From positions 62,001-126,000 of the forward strand of contig DF237108.1 of NCBI GenBank assembly GCA_000708835.1: a DNA stretch of 64,000 nt, read 5' to 3'. A program made the position numbers and the translations under genes. Shown piece after piece: positions 25,401 to 35,994 of the stretch (within the stretch, counting starts at the first letter, position 1; each line of letters starts with the position of its first letter). The stretch is from Klebsormidium nitens (Eukaryota > Plantae > Klebsormidiophyceae). A model generated the notes under the pieces. The model was given only the letters and a program-made list of their open reading frames with translations, made no database searches and was not told where the DNA came from.

Positions 25401-28400
25401 CCTTGATTTTCATACCTTTCTCGGCCTTTTGGCTAAGATCAAGTGTAGTATCTGTTCTAATTAGTTTAATCGCTAATTTCTAACTCATTGAGTTAGATGT
25501 GATTAACCTTATTTTTCGGGGCGGATGACCAATGGGCAGTTCACTGCTCGGTCATCCAGAGTGCGCATGGTTTTGCACTACCTCCTTGCAGCGCTCAGCC
25601 CACAAACCCCGCAAGGGGTCACCTCAACCACAATCCAACCCACCCAACCTAACCACCATCCAAACCCTCCCGCCCCCCCTCGAACTCTGCAACCCACTCG
25701 ACCCGCAACGATCTACGTCGTCGCTCCCTACCACCCAATCCGCTTGCTAATCCCAATCCTCCCTTTTCGACCTGAACCCTTCACACACTCGACCGTGAGA
25801 TTACCTCCCATCATAAACCAACCGCCCAATTCTAGACTTGACGGAACCCTTCACCAACCCACTCTCTGCAAAAACTTGGACCCTCGCTCTCACAAAGCGG
25901 CATCTCAACCCCAACCGCTAACCGAATTCACTCAACTCAAAGTTCCACAGGCTATTTTGTCTCGAGTTCGAAACCATTTTTACCCAACTCAAAGCTCACG
26001 AAAATGACCTTGACCCCACGGTCATACCAACCCGCTTCACGAAGTCTCGATCTGGTTTCGGCTTTTAACCGCAAGCTTACGACTACCATGCGCGCGCAAG
26101 TCAACCCTACCTCATTCTACCACACCTGTGCTTAAAGTTTAATGTTGTCTCGTCCGTTGCGCACAATTATCCACAAGTCTATTCGAAGCACCCCCTACAA
26201 CCATATAACTAGCAGATGGTCCTCCGCTTCCTTTCGTTATCAACATCAAGTAGACGCACAATGCAATGAGCGCGTAATTTTTAAGCTCCACTCGACGGTC
26301 ATACCTCCACCACTCACTCACATAGTAGCCCAATCTTCCCCACCTTCTCAAGACCTGGAGGTCAATCGGGTTTCTCCTATCCTGTCATACCAAGTCAGTT
26401 CTGCCATCATGAAAAGTGCCCGCATGTTTCTGAAAGTCCGAAGCGCCAATCCAGGCCTGCATTTGCATTTGGCAAAGTTATAAGGCGTCTGCTCCTCTCT
26501 GGTGCCCTCGCAGTGTATTGAAAGCCTTGGAGGAGTATGCTAGCTCTAGCCAACGCATGCTGCTTTTCGGAGCCTTCATTGGGCATGCAAACGTGGCGCC
26601 CCCGCTGCCCCCAGGTGAGTCCGACTGAAATGAAAATCTGCTCTTCATTTAATTGGTCGATCTGGCCTTGATCACGTGCAATTAATTGCTGGTAAGGATA
26701 CTCGTTCGCAAGATCTTCCTGGCTTGTACGACGACTTTAGACTTGGAACTTGTTTCAACTTGCAAGCCGTGCATAGTCATCCGGGTCGTGGAACTCACTC
26801 TGGCCTTGGGACGGTCTTGTAAGAGAAGGGATCGTCGATAGATCTATGCATTTGGAGGACCTTCTTGGGTGCTCTGACAATACAGAAACTCGAGCAGTTT
26901 GAACAGAATGTGGGCTTGCCTGATGCGCACCGACAGCTGCGGAGAAGTTTACCGTGCGTTCGAAGTCGAGCTGCCACTGCCCTTGTTTGCGGATCAAGGA
27001 TTGCCCTTGCATATGATCCATCCGGCGGGCATGCTAAGCCAATATGTCGGGAAAATTACACTCACGTCGGCTCAAAGTGAGCGGCGTTCTCAGGAACGGA
27101 GTTCCCGACTTCGTCAGCCCGTCCCCTCGAAAGTCTCCCAAGCCACAGCCACAACAACCCCGTTTCAAGTCTCACCTTGTCTCCGGTGTTGCATTGTCTA
27201 CAAAGCAGCCCCTTCTGCTTCTCTGCTCTCTCGTGATGGCGCGGCCGCAAAGTTTTGCTTTCACACACTTGACATCCATCACTCGCAGAGGCTCTCGACT
27301 TCTTTCTGATGTACCTTTCGCGGCTGTTTGGAGAAACGGACGGTCCGCAACCGACGGAATTTGAGGAGGGGCGGAGCGACGTGGCACTGCCGGCGGCCGC
27401 CAGGTGGGTTGTCCGAATTTGCAAGTCAACAGAAAGTAGGAAACACGAGTCTTCTCTACGCGAAAGGCTCCGTGAAGAGAAACAATTGAGCATTGAGTTG
27501 CCGTTAAACATGAGGATATGTGAGAGTCTCAGGCAAGACAGTGGAGCGGACCACTGTGCAGGTTTGATGTCTGATGTCGAATGGATTTGCGGCCTTCCCT
27601 TTGTAGAGATTGCTTCATCGAGTCTAACCATGTAAAGGGCTGAATCGCTTAGAACTCTAAATGCGCATTGGCTGGTCTCTTGACCGCTGGCGAAGTGATT
27701 TGGTTGGTCCTTCAACTTCACTTCCTTTTCCATCATCGGTAGCTTTCCACCCGAAGACTCATTGTCAGTAATAGTGGATTGGTAAGGAAACATTACACCA
27801 CCTTTTTCGACGTCTCCGGCATCTGTTCTTGCCTTCCTTCCGCAATGCTCTGGGCCAAAATGCCTTACCACCTCTCTCCCCATCGCTTATGCTGACTGCA
27901 TCTCGTATCCTCGCAGCGTCACCGCCTTCTGCTTTGGACCGGACACGCCTGGCTCCGTAACGGACGGCCTGCTCGCGCGCGTTCGCGCGCTCTGTGCGCG
28001 CGCACAGGAGCCGGCCATCGACGTCGACGTGCTTATGGGCCTGGTGATGGAGACGTGGGGGCAAGAGCAAAAGGAGTCGGTACAGCGGATTGGAGATCTC
28101 TTCCGGTGAGTCTTATAGTGACTGTCGGTTGTCGATTGCTCTATACTCTGGCGACTTCGCACCTATCGCTATCTGGACCATGAAGCTTTGGCTGCTTTGC
28201 CGACTCATCAAAAAACCGCAGCATGTGTCGGACTGGCATAGAAGAAACCGCTGTGCTGCTTTTGGATTGCGCAGTTCAACCTCCGTTTCGTCAACGCCCG
28301 TCCATAACTTTACTTCTTTGGAACAGATGGAGGTGTAAAGTGAAGGCATCCACAAATGACGGCCGTAAGCTAAGCCTTTCTTTTCGCGTCTATCCCCCCA

Positions 28401-30490
28401 AGAACCATCTGCTCATAACGCTCTACCAGTTGCTGCTCGTTGCCCTCTTCCGCTTCCTTCCGACCGCAAAAGCGAGTCATGCTTGCCTCCTCCTGAGCGA
28501 ATGTGCATTCGAACCCCAAATACACAAATACGCCTTATCCTAAGGATGAAATGAGCATCCAGTTTTGCCTCCAGAGAAATTTGATGAGGGCCCAAAGCAA
28601 ATCTCAATTTTGCTTCGTCTTCCCAAGACGGCTCAGTGTGAGATTTGGGCGGACCTTTACGTGACAGCTCGGCGCTAACCACGGGTGCCCGCTTCTCTTT
28701 CCGCAGGGAAGCGGACGAGAACGGCGACGGTGTGCTGAGCTACCCCGAGTTCAGCGGAATCGTCCGGCGGATCGACGGAACGGTGACGGAACGCGCCATC
28801 AAGAACATGTTCCGGGAAGCCCTTCTCGACTCCAACTCCGGCAGCCGGATCCTGCCGGCGTCATTCGAGAAGGTGGCACGTGCCCACGGGCTCGCCTGCA
28901 GCCGCCACGTGTCCTCCGGGGGACACGTGGCGATCGGGAAGGAGTGCAGGCACGATGACCTGGCGTTGCTGAGGGACAGCTGGGAGACCGTCGCTCCGCT
29001 GATTCACGAGCAGGTGAGAAGCTCCTTAATAAAAGGGTCAGACGTTTCGCCATTCAGAACATTTCTTTCGCGAATTTTCCCCTCGTATTGCCGACCGATC
29101 TTGTCAGAATAGGGAACTGGAGTTCAAATCGGCCACGGAACGGAACGGGAAGGAACCGAACGCGAAGCTCCTACGAACTGCGGTGGGCAGTTACAAAATT
29201 ATTCGGCAGTCACAAGAGTCTCCTTTTTCCCTAAGCAGATTGACAGGTTTTCTATGCGAGCGAGGTAGCAGCGAGCTACCTCAAGAGCTTCTTCGCCAGG
29301 TTTCGGAAGTGCATGGTTTCAGCTCATCAGAAGATTGAATATCCAAAGGTGCCAGTTCCTTTAGTTTGGGGTCACTAGAATGTTCGTTGGTTTTATCCGA
29401 TGGGTCACTGGTAGTCTTCAGAGCATTGCAACTGAGCAGCCTTAGTAAAACCCGCTCTAACCCGCCTGGAAGTTTCATCCGAACCTCCTTGCCTGCGCAG
29501 CGGGTAGGTCTGAAAGTGTCAAGCGTCTTAAGGCTCATGTCAGCCATTGTCAGTGACGCCTCGAACTCGAATCAGTCTTTCTTTTCAGGTGGGCACCTTG
29601 AAGAATCAGAGAAAATTGAGCAGCGAGCTCAAAAACCTCGAGAGATATCAATCTATCTGGGGGCTTTTTGTCCTCGAGAGCTTTAGTCACTGGTTGGTTG
29701 ATATCTAACAACCGACTAACGAATGGTGGGCATTCCTGCTCAGGTGGGCACTTTGAAGAAGCAGAGCAACCTGAGCAGCGAGCTCAAGGACCTGGAAAGC
29801 CAAGTGGACGGCCTCCAGTCCATGCTGCGCCAGGGCGGCCGCGACACAGGGCAAGGCGGCCGCGACGCGGCGCCGCAGGTGTGGCAGCTGTACCGGAGGA
29901 TCATCCTCGGGTTTCAGATCCAGAACCAGCGGGTGGAGCTGCGTAACCGGGAGGAGAAGCGGGTGCAACTGGGGGCGTCGGCTTTCCAAACGCTTTTCCG
30001 GTGAGGGGAGGTGAAAACGCTCTCCCGGTGAGGGGGGTGGAAACGCTTTGTCGATGGGGGGAGTGGATAGAGAAGGGAGAAAAAAAAGCGAGATCCAGAA
30101 GAAGTAAACGGAGAACGGAGAAGCGGTTGCAGCTGGGTTCGCCTTGGAGGGGGATACCTAGAAGGGGCAAAATAGGGGGGGGGTTATCAGAGGAAAGAGA
30201 AGGACAATGAGATCAAGCGGGCGCAGATGGAGGTGTTTTTTTGTTAAAATGGGGAAGGAATACTCTCTCCCGTCGATAGGGGGGTGGAGGGTGGAGGAGA
30301 AGAAGGGGAGGGATGCAAAACGGGTGTTGTTTACTTGCACAATAAGAGAGACCTATCAGATTCACACGTAGTCTTTGCACTTAGTTCCGGCCAAGCGGGC
30401 GGGTCAGGTGCTGCAAAGGCCAGCGATGCGAAGGTGAACGAAGGAAATCTGTGCGTAGAAAGGGCTGTCAACGGCAGCGGTCGCAAGTAG
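10494..30490 (+). CDS. Giant ~2161-aa coiled-coil protein with a C-terminal helical module and EF-hand; possibly flagellar/centriolar. Exons: 10494-11782, 12322-12376, 12717-12781, 13121-13370, 13808-14096, 15113-15324, 15707-15865, 16761-16886, 18188-18388, 18895-19329, 19958-20179, 20680-22299, 22673-22864, 23345-23500, 24735-24874, 26514-26614, 27289-27403, 27917-28105, 28707-29013, 29744-30000, 30385-30490.
   Basis: 21 GT-AG-bounded exons chain with consistent phases (6486 nt, divisible by 3). Long E/A/R/K-rich heptad-like stretches and a canonical EF-hand loop. The start may lie further upstream (in-frame ATG 10347, exon 10347-10427, intron 10428-10487). An alternative stop at 30002-30004 applies if the last intron is retained. 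Confidence 0.82.
14661..14743 (+). pseudogene. Isolated, degenerate exon fragment of a P2B-type (ACA/PMCA) Ca2+-ATPase in intron 5 of the coiled-coil gene
   Basis: After a pyrimidine tract and CTGCAG acceptor, it reads VVRWGRSVFAIIQNFVQFQLSTNVVAL. The plant ACA consensus I recall is VVRWGRSVYANIQKFIQFQLTVNVAAL. A stop follows two codons later and no other ATPase exons are nearby. Confidence 0.8.
14750..15195 (+). repeat. Exon-edge tandem array: 4 copies with an exact 112-bp period (starts 14777, 14889, 15001, real exon 15113)
   Basis: Each unit is an intron tail ending (T/G)ACAG followed by GCGACCTT..GCGAAGCGCGAGCAG..GAGCGCGCGGCCGCGCTCGCGCAGCAACTAGCG. Copy 2 carries an in-frame TAG. Confidence 0.95.
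15300..15585 (+). repeat. Degenerate donor-side copies of the 3' end of exon 15113-15324 (~15430 and ~15545)
   Basis: gctcgaggagaagacggag|gtgagccaaaaacagaacctgcc is echoed by gcttgaggagacgaccgagtcgagccaataaggagctgcc and gagcttgagggaaggacacaaatgaac. Confidence 0.6.
16440..16810 (+). repeat. Exon-edge array, acceptor side: 3 copies (16461, 16629, real exon 16761)
   Basis: GCGCAG|GAGCTGGA...TGGCGCGCGGACATCGCGAC(T/A)GCGGACCAGATGTA occurs three times. Confidence 0.95.
16830..17570 (+). repeat. Exon-edge array, donor side: real donor after 16886, copies ending 17047, 17182, 17332, and a remnant near 17520-17570
   Basis: GGTGCTCCAGGGAC...GAGGCGGCGCT.AGAGAG.AA.CAG|GTGA is repeated at 135-161 bp spacing with increasing divergence (CAG to TAG in the 17332 copy). 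Confidence 0.92.
19655..19945. repeat. Intronic minisatellite, ~10-11 bp unit (A/T)CCCGCCT(A/G)A / CCCGCCTTATG, ending just before the acceptor at 19957
   Basis: More than 20 imperfect units read directly. Confidence 0.9.
22985..23365 (+). repeat. Degenerate exon-edge array: GCGGCCGC(A/G)GAGGCGC at 23081, 23215 and real exon 23345
   Basis: Period 130-134 bp. The intronic part (aaatgta...actctccgac) is also duplicated at ~22995 and ~23140. Confidence 0.7.
23741..23841. repeat. 56-bp period direct duplication, intronic
   Basis: acatttttgaagtccctt(c/g)tttgagtcctagatttgat(a/t)tttagt twice. Confidence 0.9.
24031..24110. repeat. 12-bp minisatellite (CTCTTCATACCG)n, ~6 copies
   Basis: Read directly; it produces the spurious MKSG repeat in the minus-strand ORF 24016-24549. 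Confidence 0.9.
24125..24780 (+). repeat. Exon-edge array: ~6 copies of the head of exon 24735 (period ~113-124 bp)
   Basis: (TA)CTGCGACAAGAT(T/C)GCTGCGGACATTGCGGACGAC at ~24737, 24612, 24490; more degenerate at 24369, 24256, 24130. Confidence 0.85.
25350..25386 (+). promoter_or_regulatory. snRNA promoter: TATATAA box at 25380-25386 and a possible USE-like element GACCCACAACT at 25350-25360
   Basis: TATA lies ~32 nt upstream of the U2 5' end. The USE-like motif only partly matches the land-plant RTCCCACATCG consensus. Confidence 0.55.
25412..25603 (+). ncRNA. U2: U2 spliceosomal snRNA gene, nested in intron 15 (24875-26513) of the coiled-coil gene
   Basis: 5' ATACCTTTCTCGGCCTTTTGGCTAAGATCAAGTGTAGTATCTGTTCT matches the conserved plant U2 5' end. 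Branch-point-binding GTAGTA at 25445-25450; stems IIa, IIb and III fold; Sm site ATTTTTCG at 25511-25518; stem IV loop TTGCACTA. The 3' end is approximate. Confidence 0.97.
28714..28749 (+). other. EF-hand Ca2+-binding loop DENGDGVLSYPE within the coiled-coil gene
   Basis: Matches the 12-residue EF-hand pattern D-x-N-x-D-G-x-L-S-x-x-E. Confidence 0.85.
29575..29800 (+). repeat. Exon-edge duplication: acceptor + head of exon 29744 copied at 29589 (fainter remnant near 29270)
   Basis: CAG|GTGGGCAC(C/T)TTGAAGAA(T/G)CAGAG(A/C)AA..TGAGCAGCGAGCTCAA twice, 155 bp apart. Confidence 0.9.
29988..30060 (+). repeat. Short donor-side array: AAACGCT...CCG|GTGAGGGG three times, period 26-27 bp
   Basis: Copies start at 29988 (real exon end), 30015 and 30041. 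Confidence 0.75.
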
Positions 30491-31654
30491 GCGACTTTGA
30501 TTAGCATGAGAAGGCTGAGTCAAAAACGTAGGTCAAGAGAGCTGCGTACGTCAAAGTAAGTATTTGAAGTGGGTTGGGTCTCGTGAAATCCAGGTGAAGA
30601 ACCACGTGAATGTGGGTTGACTTAGATTTGTAGATTTCGTGCTAAGTAGTCTCTCCAAATATTTCTTTTCGAAATACCTAGAAATTATCGCTGCTGTGAA
30701 GCAGATTGAGGTTGAGGCTTGGTTACGAGCAACAGGACGCAGCTTGTGAGCCTAACGCGATACATTTGATTGGGATCTAAGTTGAAGCCTGGACCGAGAA
30801 GTGTCGTGTGATGTTCAAAGAGCTAGGCGTTCCATCCTTGACGAAAAGTCTTTGCAGGGTACGCGTTACAGGATACTACAGTGGCTCATAATCGTAAGAT
30901 CGACCTCGCCATCTAGCTTCCTTAAAAACAAATCCTGTCGAGCTGGGCTCTAGCGCAAGCTTCCGACTGCTCAGTGTAACGCATGTCGCTATGAAGTACG
31001 GTACGTGGTACAGTCCATTTGTCCAGCGCTTGAGCTAGATCGTGGGCCCGTTGCGCCACCATACGTCCGAATGATTGACCGAGAATGTAGCCCGCACATG
31101 CTTCGCTCATCAGTGCGTGGTAGCATGTGCATCGTGCGAAACAACCGTCTGCTCCTTGCAAAGCTAGTGACGGTCTTACGAGAAGCTCGAGGTCTTTCAA
31201 TAGAATGCACAGGCTGCCTAGCCCGGGGGCCGGACCCTACGAAGTATACCCCAACACATTGACACATGCTGCAGTAATCTGCTGGAAAAGTAGCTGCTTC
31301 GTCAGGGTTATTTTCTGCCTATCATATGATTATCGTTATCAGTATTCAAACCCATGGGCCCCCGCATGTGTTTAGCCCGTCATAGGATCTTTAGCTGTGA
31401 CTAGCTGCCCGTTTGACATTCTCTGTGTTTGAGTCTTCATTTTGGAAGCTAAAGGATCGGAGTAGCGCTCATAAGGTCGTGCATATAGACATTCGAGCAA
31501 TCTGCCTGAGGCTTTTGAAGGCACATGTTCTTGAACTCGTCGTGAAGTCAACACGCGAGGTTCTGCCAACTTCCTTCTTACAACAAAATGCGAAGAGCTC
31601 GTTGCTAAGACATGTATCAGGGCGACACTTTCTGCATACAAGTGCGCGTTGTGA

Positions 31655-34600
31655 CTAGACTTGTACGACTTTAGAATCTCCCAAGCTCGTATGCCGCAAA
31701 CCATACCCTTTCAAAACCTGGTCGTTTGCGAAGTGGTAGATCCTGTCAAAGTTTTCTAGACAGGTGTCGTATCGCGTATCGTCCCCGAATTGCTGATGGC
31801 AGAATTTGCACCCTGTAAAGTGGCTTATGAACGGCCACTTTCCTTCGGGGCCGGTCACACCGTTGCCTTGTACCAGCTGCGGGAGGCGCTCCAGAGTGTC
31901 GACCCACCTGGTGAGATGGGCCCGAGATCATCAAGTCATGCCGTGTGAGACTCGAAAGGCAAACTTCAAGAGCTCTTACCAGGTTAAGTCTCTCGTGCTA
32001 CGATAGCGAAGCGCGCAGAAGAAGTGAGCCTTCACGAAAAGGGGGAAAACTATAATCTTGGCAGTAACATGATGGCAGCATCCTCCTTGAGATTCTCAGA
32101 ATTGGTTCTAGAGTGATCAGACACAGATGTCATGCGGGTCGTCGCAGAAAAAACTCCCGGTTACAAACATTTTTTGCGATGGCTTCTCGTACCGCATTGC
32201 GCAGACTGGAAGATCCTGTGAAGCCAACAAAGATTTGTGCTGAGAGTTTCTTTTTGGTAGGTCATCAATGAGGGGCTGTAATCCTCGTCTCATGGGAGTC
32301 TCACCAACTGTGGTAATGGATCTCTTCATCCAGGAATGTCATGTCCCCCCACAAGTGCGCTTGCGTCGACAGCAGGTAGATCAGCGTGCACTGATCGTCC
32401 GCGGGCCAGTCTGCACAAAACGAAAGATTCACAGAAACGCTGAGGTACCAGGTATGAGAAATCATTCGAAAAGGCTGAGAAAGTAGGCTGCTCGAAGTAC
32501 TTGCTCTTCTTCTACGTTGCTACGATTGCCTCGAGTCATATTCCGCTCGAGGGGAACCGCGCAACTCGCTTTCATGTAATCAACTGCGACTCAATTGGCT
32601 GCTACGGAGTTCTTACCAGTTCCTTGAAACGTGTGCGCCCATTTAGCTGCATCCCAAAGCCAGAAGCGCCGTCAATGCCACCTCTTGAAACAGATTTGAA
32701 AAGTTCAAAAGTGGCGTCAAAATCAGAACGCTATCACAATCTCTACAAGTCCACTACTTTGTCAGTTCACGTATACATCTTGGCTTTACTGTACCGAAAA
32801 CTGGGTGCATAAGTTACAATGCATAAGTGCTAGCGCCCGCCCTTTCCAAGGGACTTCAGTTCTAACTCCAGTCCATCATTTCCCTTTTACCACATTCCCT
32901 ACAATCAAATGCCGGCACTTCAAAACAAAACTTCCGTCCTGAAGAGGCCTTTCTTCCCGCCGTCCCTGATCGACAAGACTCTCTTTTCGGTTTTGAGGGA
33001 CTAAACACAAGGAACTAATTGAGTATCCGAGGATTCCGTTCTTACCATCGCTTGCTTCCGCTCTCCCCGCGACGACGTCGTTCAACAGAAAGGCGCTCGA
33101 GTTGCGGACGATCCCCTTCTCGCCGATCGCCATCAAAGCGTCCATCAGACGAACCGACCAGTCGCAATTGCGCATCAGGAAAATGCCGGCGTTGAGACCT
33201 AGCCAGTGGGGATTTTCGACGACCTGCGATTGGAAAAATGTGAAGTGGTTGCAAACTCTATCCTGTTTGAACAGGAAATTGAAGCGTTGAGGGACAGTCA
33301 AAGTTTATTTCTTTTGAAATCTAAAAGGGGCAGACCCCGGGCAAAGAAGCACCAGCCGCTCGCGGAAATCACTAGGTTAGACTGTCAAAAAGAAACCCCC
33401 AAGGTGCATCAAACATTCTCTGAATCAAACCACGGAGCTAATTGCAGAGTGCAAGCAGATCCTTTTTTGTTTCGTAATATTTAGCGTAGGCATAGCGGCT
33501 CATTAATTGTTGGCTCGCTAGTGATTTCCGCGAGCGGCTGGGATGTAATTTCGAATATTGCTCGTTTACTAGGCACGAATGTTTATGCCCGATCTCGATC
33601 TGTCAATGAAACAACTTACTACATTGGAAGCACTGGAAGTTTGGTGTGGAAGCCGTGAAAAGATATCACAGTGTGTTTCCCGAAAAGGATTCTTATCACG
33701 TCCATCAAAGGAGGAGGAACGAACCTCAATGTGGGTTGTTAGGAATGTTGAACGCTTATTCAGGGGGCCAGAGTTCTCGCTCCACGTTGTTTCGAGACAG
33801 AGTTAACGGACATTTGATGCTTTCATCCTATAATGCGAAAGCCTACATTTCTGAGACAATCGCCGCTTGTGGATCCGTAAGAGTTTGTCAGGACATTTTG
33901 TAACGGTGGCGCTTTTGAAGATTCTGAATCACTGACGCAGGCCGTCTGATTGAGTTTCTGCTTTAAGAACAGGTTAATCTGCTGTCAAAGCTTCTAACAT
34001 TTCAAAAAGCAGCATTCAGCAACAGAAAGCACTCACGTCTTTCCGCTTTCCGGTGAGGACCAGGTTGTGCTCTTTGTACTTGTCCAGCGGAACCTCGAAC
34101 GCCATGTCGGTGAAGAAGGCATCACTGTCCACCCACTGCAAACGCAGGAACAACAAGCTGATGTTACTTCTAATCCTGATTAGTCCGATCATCGTTAACG
34201 TATCTGCTATATTCTGACTTCGTGGCATGATGGTCAAAAGAAAATTCGCCCTGTGAAGGATGAAAACGAGTAGGAAGAAGATGTGACGGTGATCCATAGC
34301 TACTCGAGCCGGCGCAAGGTAGTGTTGTACTGCTGGATTTAGGGTCGATTCAAATCAGACTGCAGAAACTTTAATGGGAGAGATGTCATTTCCAACCTCT
34401 GAATCCCGCGGAAGTGGGACATTGTGAGGTCTTTCAGTTCATAGAGGACGTGTTAAGAAAAATATAGCGGTTGCAAAAGCGGACCGCAGACTACAGCGCT
34501 GTGGAGCCTGTAGAATCCAGACACGTGTCCGAGAGCAACGCGGCTGCGCGCGCGCACCATGAACCACTCGACGTCGGCGTGCGCCCGCATGAGCGACTTG

Positions 34601-35994
34601 AGCAGCGGGTACTTCATCCAGTACAGATCGTAGGCCTCGTCGAGAAGCTCCATGCTGTACCACAGGGGCCACTTGTGCAGCCTAGAAGATGAAACAGTTG
34701 CTTAACAGGGCCCTCTTTGCAGTCACTCAGATTCCAACAACGTTTCTACATAGAGATAAAAAGCGGAGAATGAGATCATTCGAGAAAGAGAAACTCTTCC
34801 ATGCTTGTAAGAGAGACGGGGAACAGCCTTGGAAGAGCGAAGGGAGGGGCATGATCGCCGTCAAGATCTTCGGCAATGAGAGAGAGAGTAAACGAAGAAA
34901 ACAAACGGACGCGCGTCTTCAGCTCGTTCAACAGATTTCAAAAGTTGCATGTAGAAACGAAAGGCCCAAGAACCGGTAAGCGAAGCATGCAGCTCATTGG
35001 AGCACAAGCCGTATATCTAAGCTGGAAGAAGGATGTACATAGTTCGTGCGCCTTAACTGGCTTAATCGATCTTGTTGTTGAGCCCCTTCTACGCAATATC
35101 GCAAAGAGTGCCAAGCAAAGGCAAGGCTTGAAATCAAGGAGCTTCGCCTGGAGCTTAACCTTAAGCTTAACCTTGAGCTTAAACCAAGTCTTACCTGGCG
35201 TAATCAATCTTATTCTTCAAACCCTTGAGCGCAATCTCGGAACCGCGCCGCGTCGTGCACGGCCGCGCCTCGACGCCCGTCACCAGCATCAGCTTCTCCC
35301 CCCTCGCTCTTTTTTCGCCGGAATTCCGCCCCGCTGAACCACCAATTACGTCAGCGCCCACTTTCGCTTCCTCCTTCGACAACACTTCCCCGCTTCCACT
35401 GACCCTTCCGGCGGAAACCTGGTCCGCGGAAGCCTCCGGATCGTCCGCACTAGCTCCCACTTCCATTCCGGAAGCTTCTTTTGCGGAATTGGTTCCGCTC
35501 CCCAAATTCTTCCGCCACTCCGCTTCGTCGCGCGGAATCCGCTCCCCTTCACTCAGATCGTCGTCTATGCTGCCAGAAGTATCATCATTCCTGGAACCTC
35601 CGTTTCGGCCTGCCGCCAACGCCCGACCCTGAGACTGATTCTCAAACCATTCCTCAGAACCCTGATCTAGAACAGGGTCTCTCCTGAGACGCTCCTCAGA
35701 ACCCACTCCTCCCAAACCGGAATTGATCTCAAGCGCCGCTTTGTTATCCACCTCCCCCCAGCTGGCAATCACAGCCCACCTCTGATAAAACAGAAACATC
35801 ATCGCGCCAACCGAGAGAACCAGGGTTAGCGTGGAACCCATGTGAAGTAACCGGTGGGTTACCCCGGGGCCGGGCTTAACCCTGCGCCTGCCGGTTGAAA
35901 CGACCGGTTGAGAGGAGAACAACCCGGCGACGGTAGGAGAGCCGGCGCCATCCGTTCCGTTTGGGACCCAGTCGTAGGAACCCGCGTTATGCAT
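31655..35994 (-). CDS. Glycosyltransferase family 34 (XXT / galactomannan galactosyltransferase family), ~519 aa type II membrane protein. Exons: 35994-35195, 34681-34558, 34135-34037, 33223-33046, 32410-32305, 31907-31655.
   Basis: Single N-terminal TM helix (LTLVLSVGAMMFLFY). GT34 motifs KNKIDYAR, WFMWVDSDA, WLGLNAGIFLMRNCDWS, ADDQ..LIYLL, PFISHFTGCK, F...YHFANDQVL..YG. Phases are consistent (1560 nt). Confidence 0.93.
35151..35183. repeat. 12-bp unit (G/A)AGCTTAACCTT three times, next to the exon 1 donor of the GT34 gene
   Basis: Read directly. Confidence 0.7.

Noticed and set aside
25525-26007. 160-aa Pro/Thr-rich ORF
   Set aside because: Starts inside the U2 gene and is open only because of the C/A-rich skew.
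26820-27080. Possible foreign coding fragment in intron 16 (…GEVYRAFEVELPLPLFADQGLPLHMIHP…)
   Set aside because: No recognisable family and no flanking splice or transposon signals; cannot be supported without a search.
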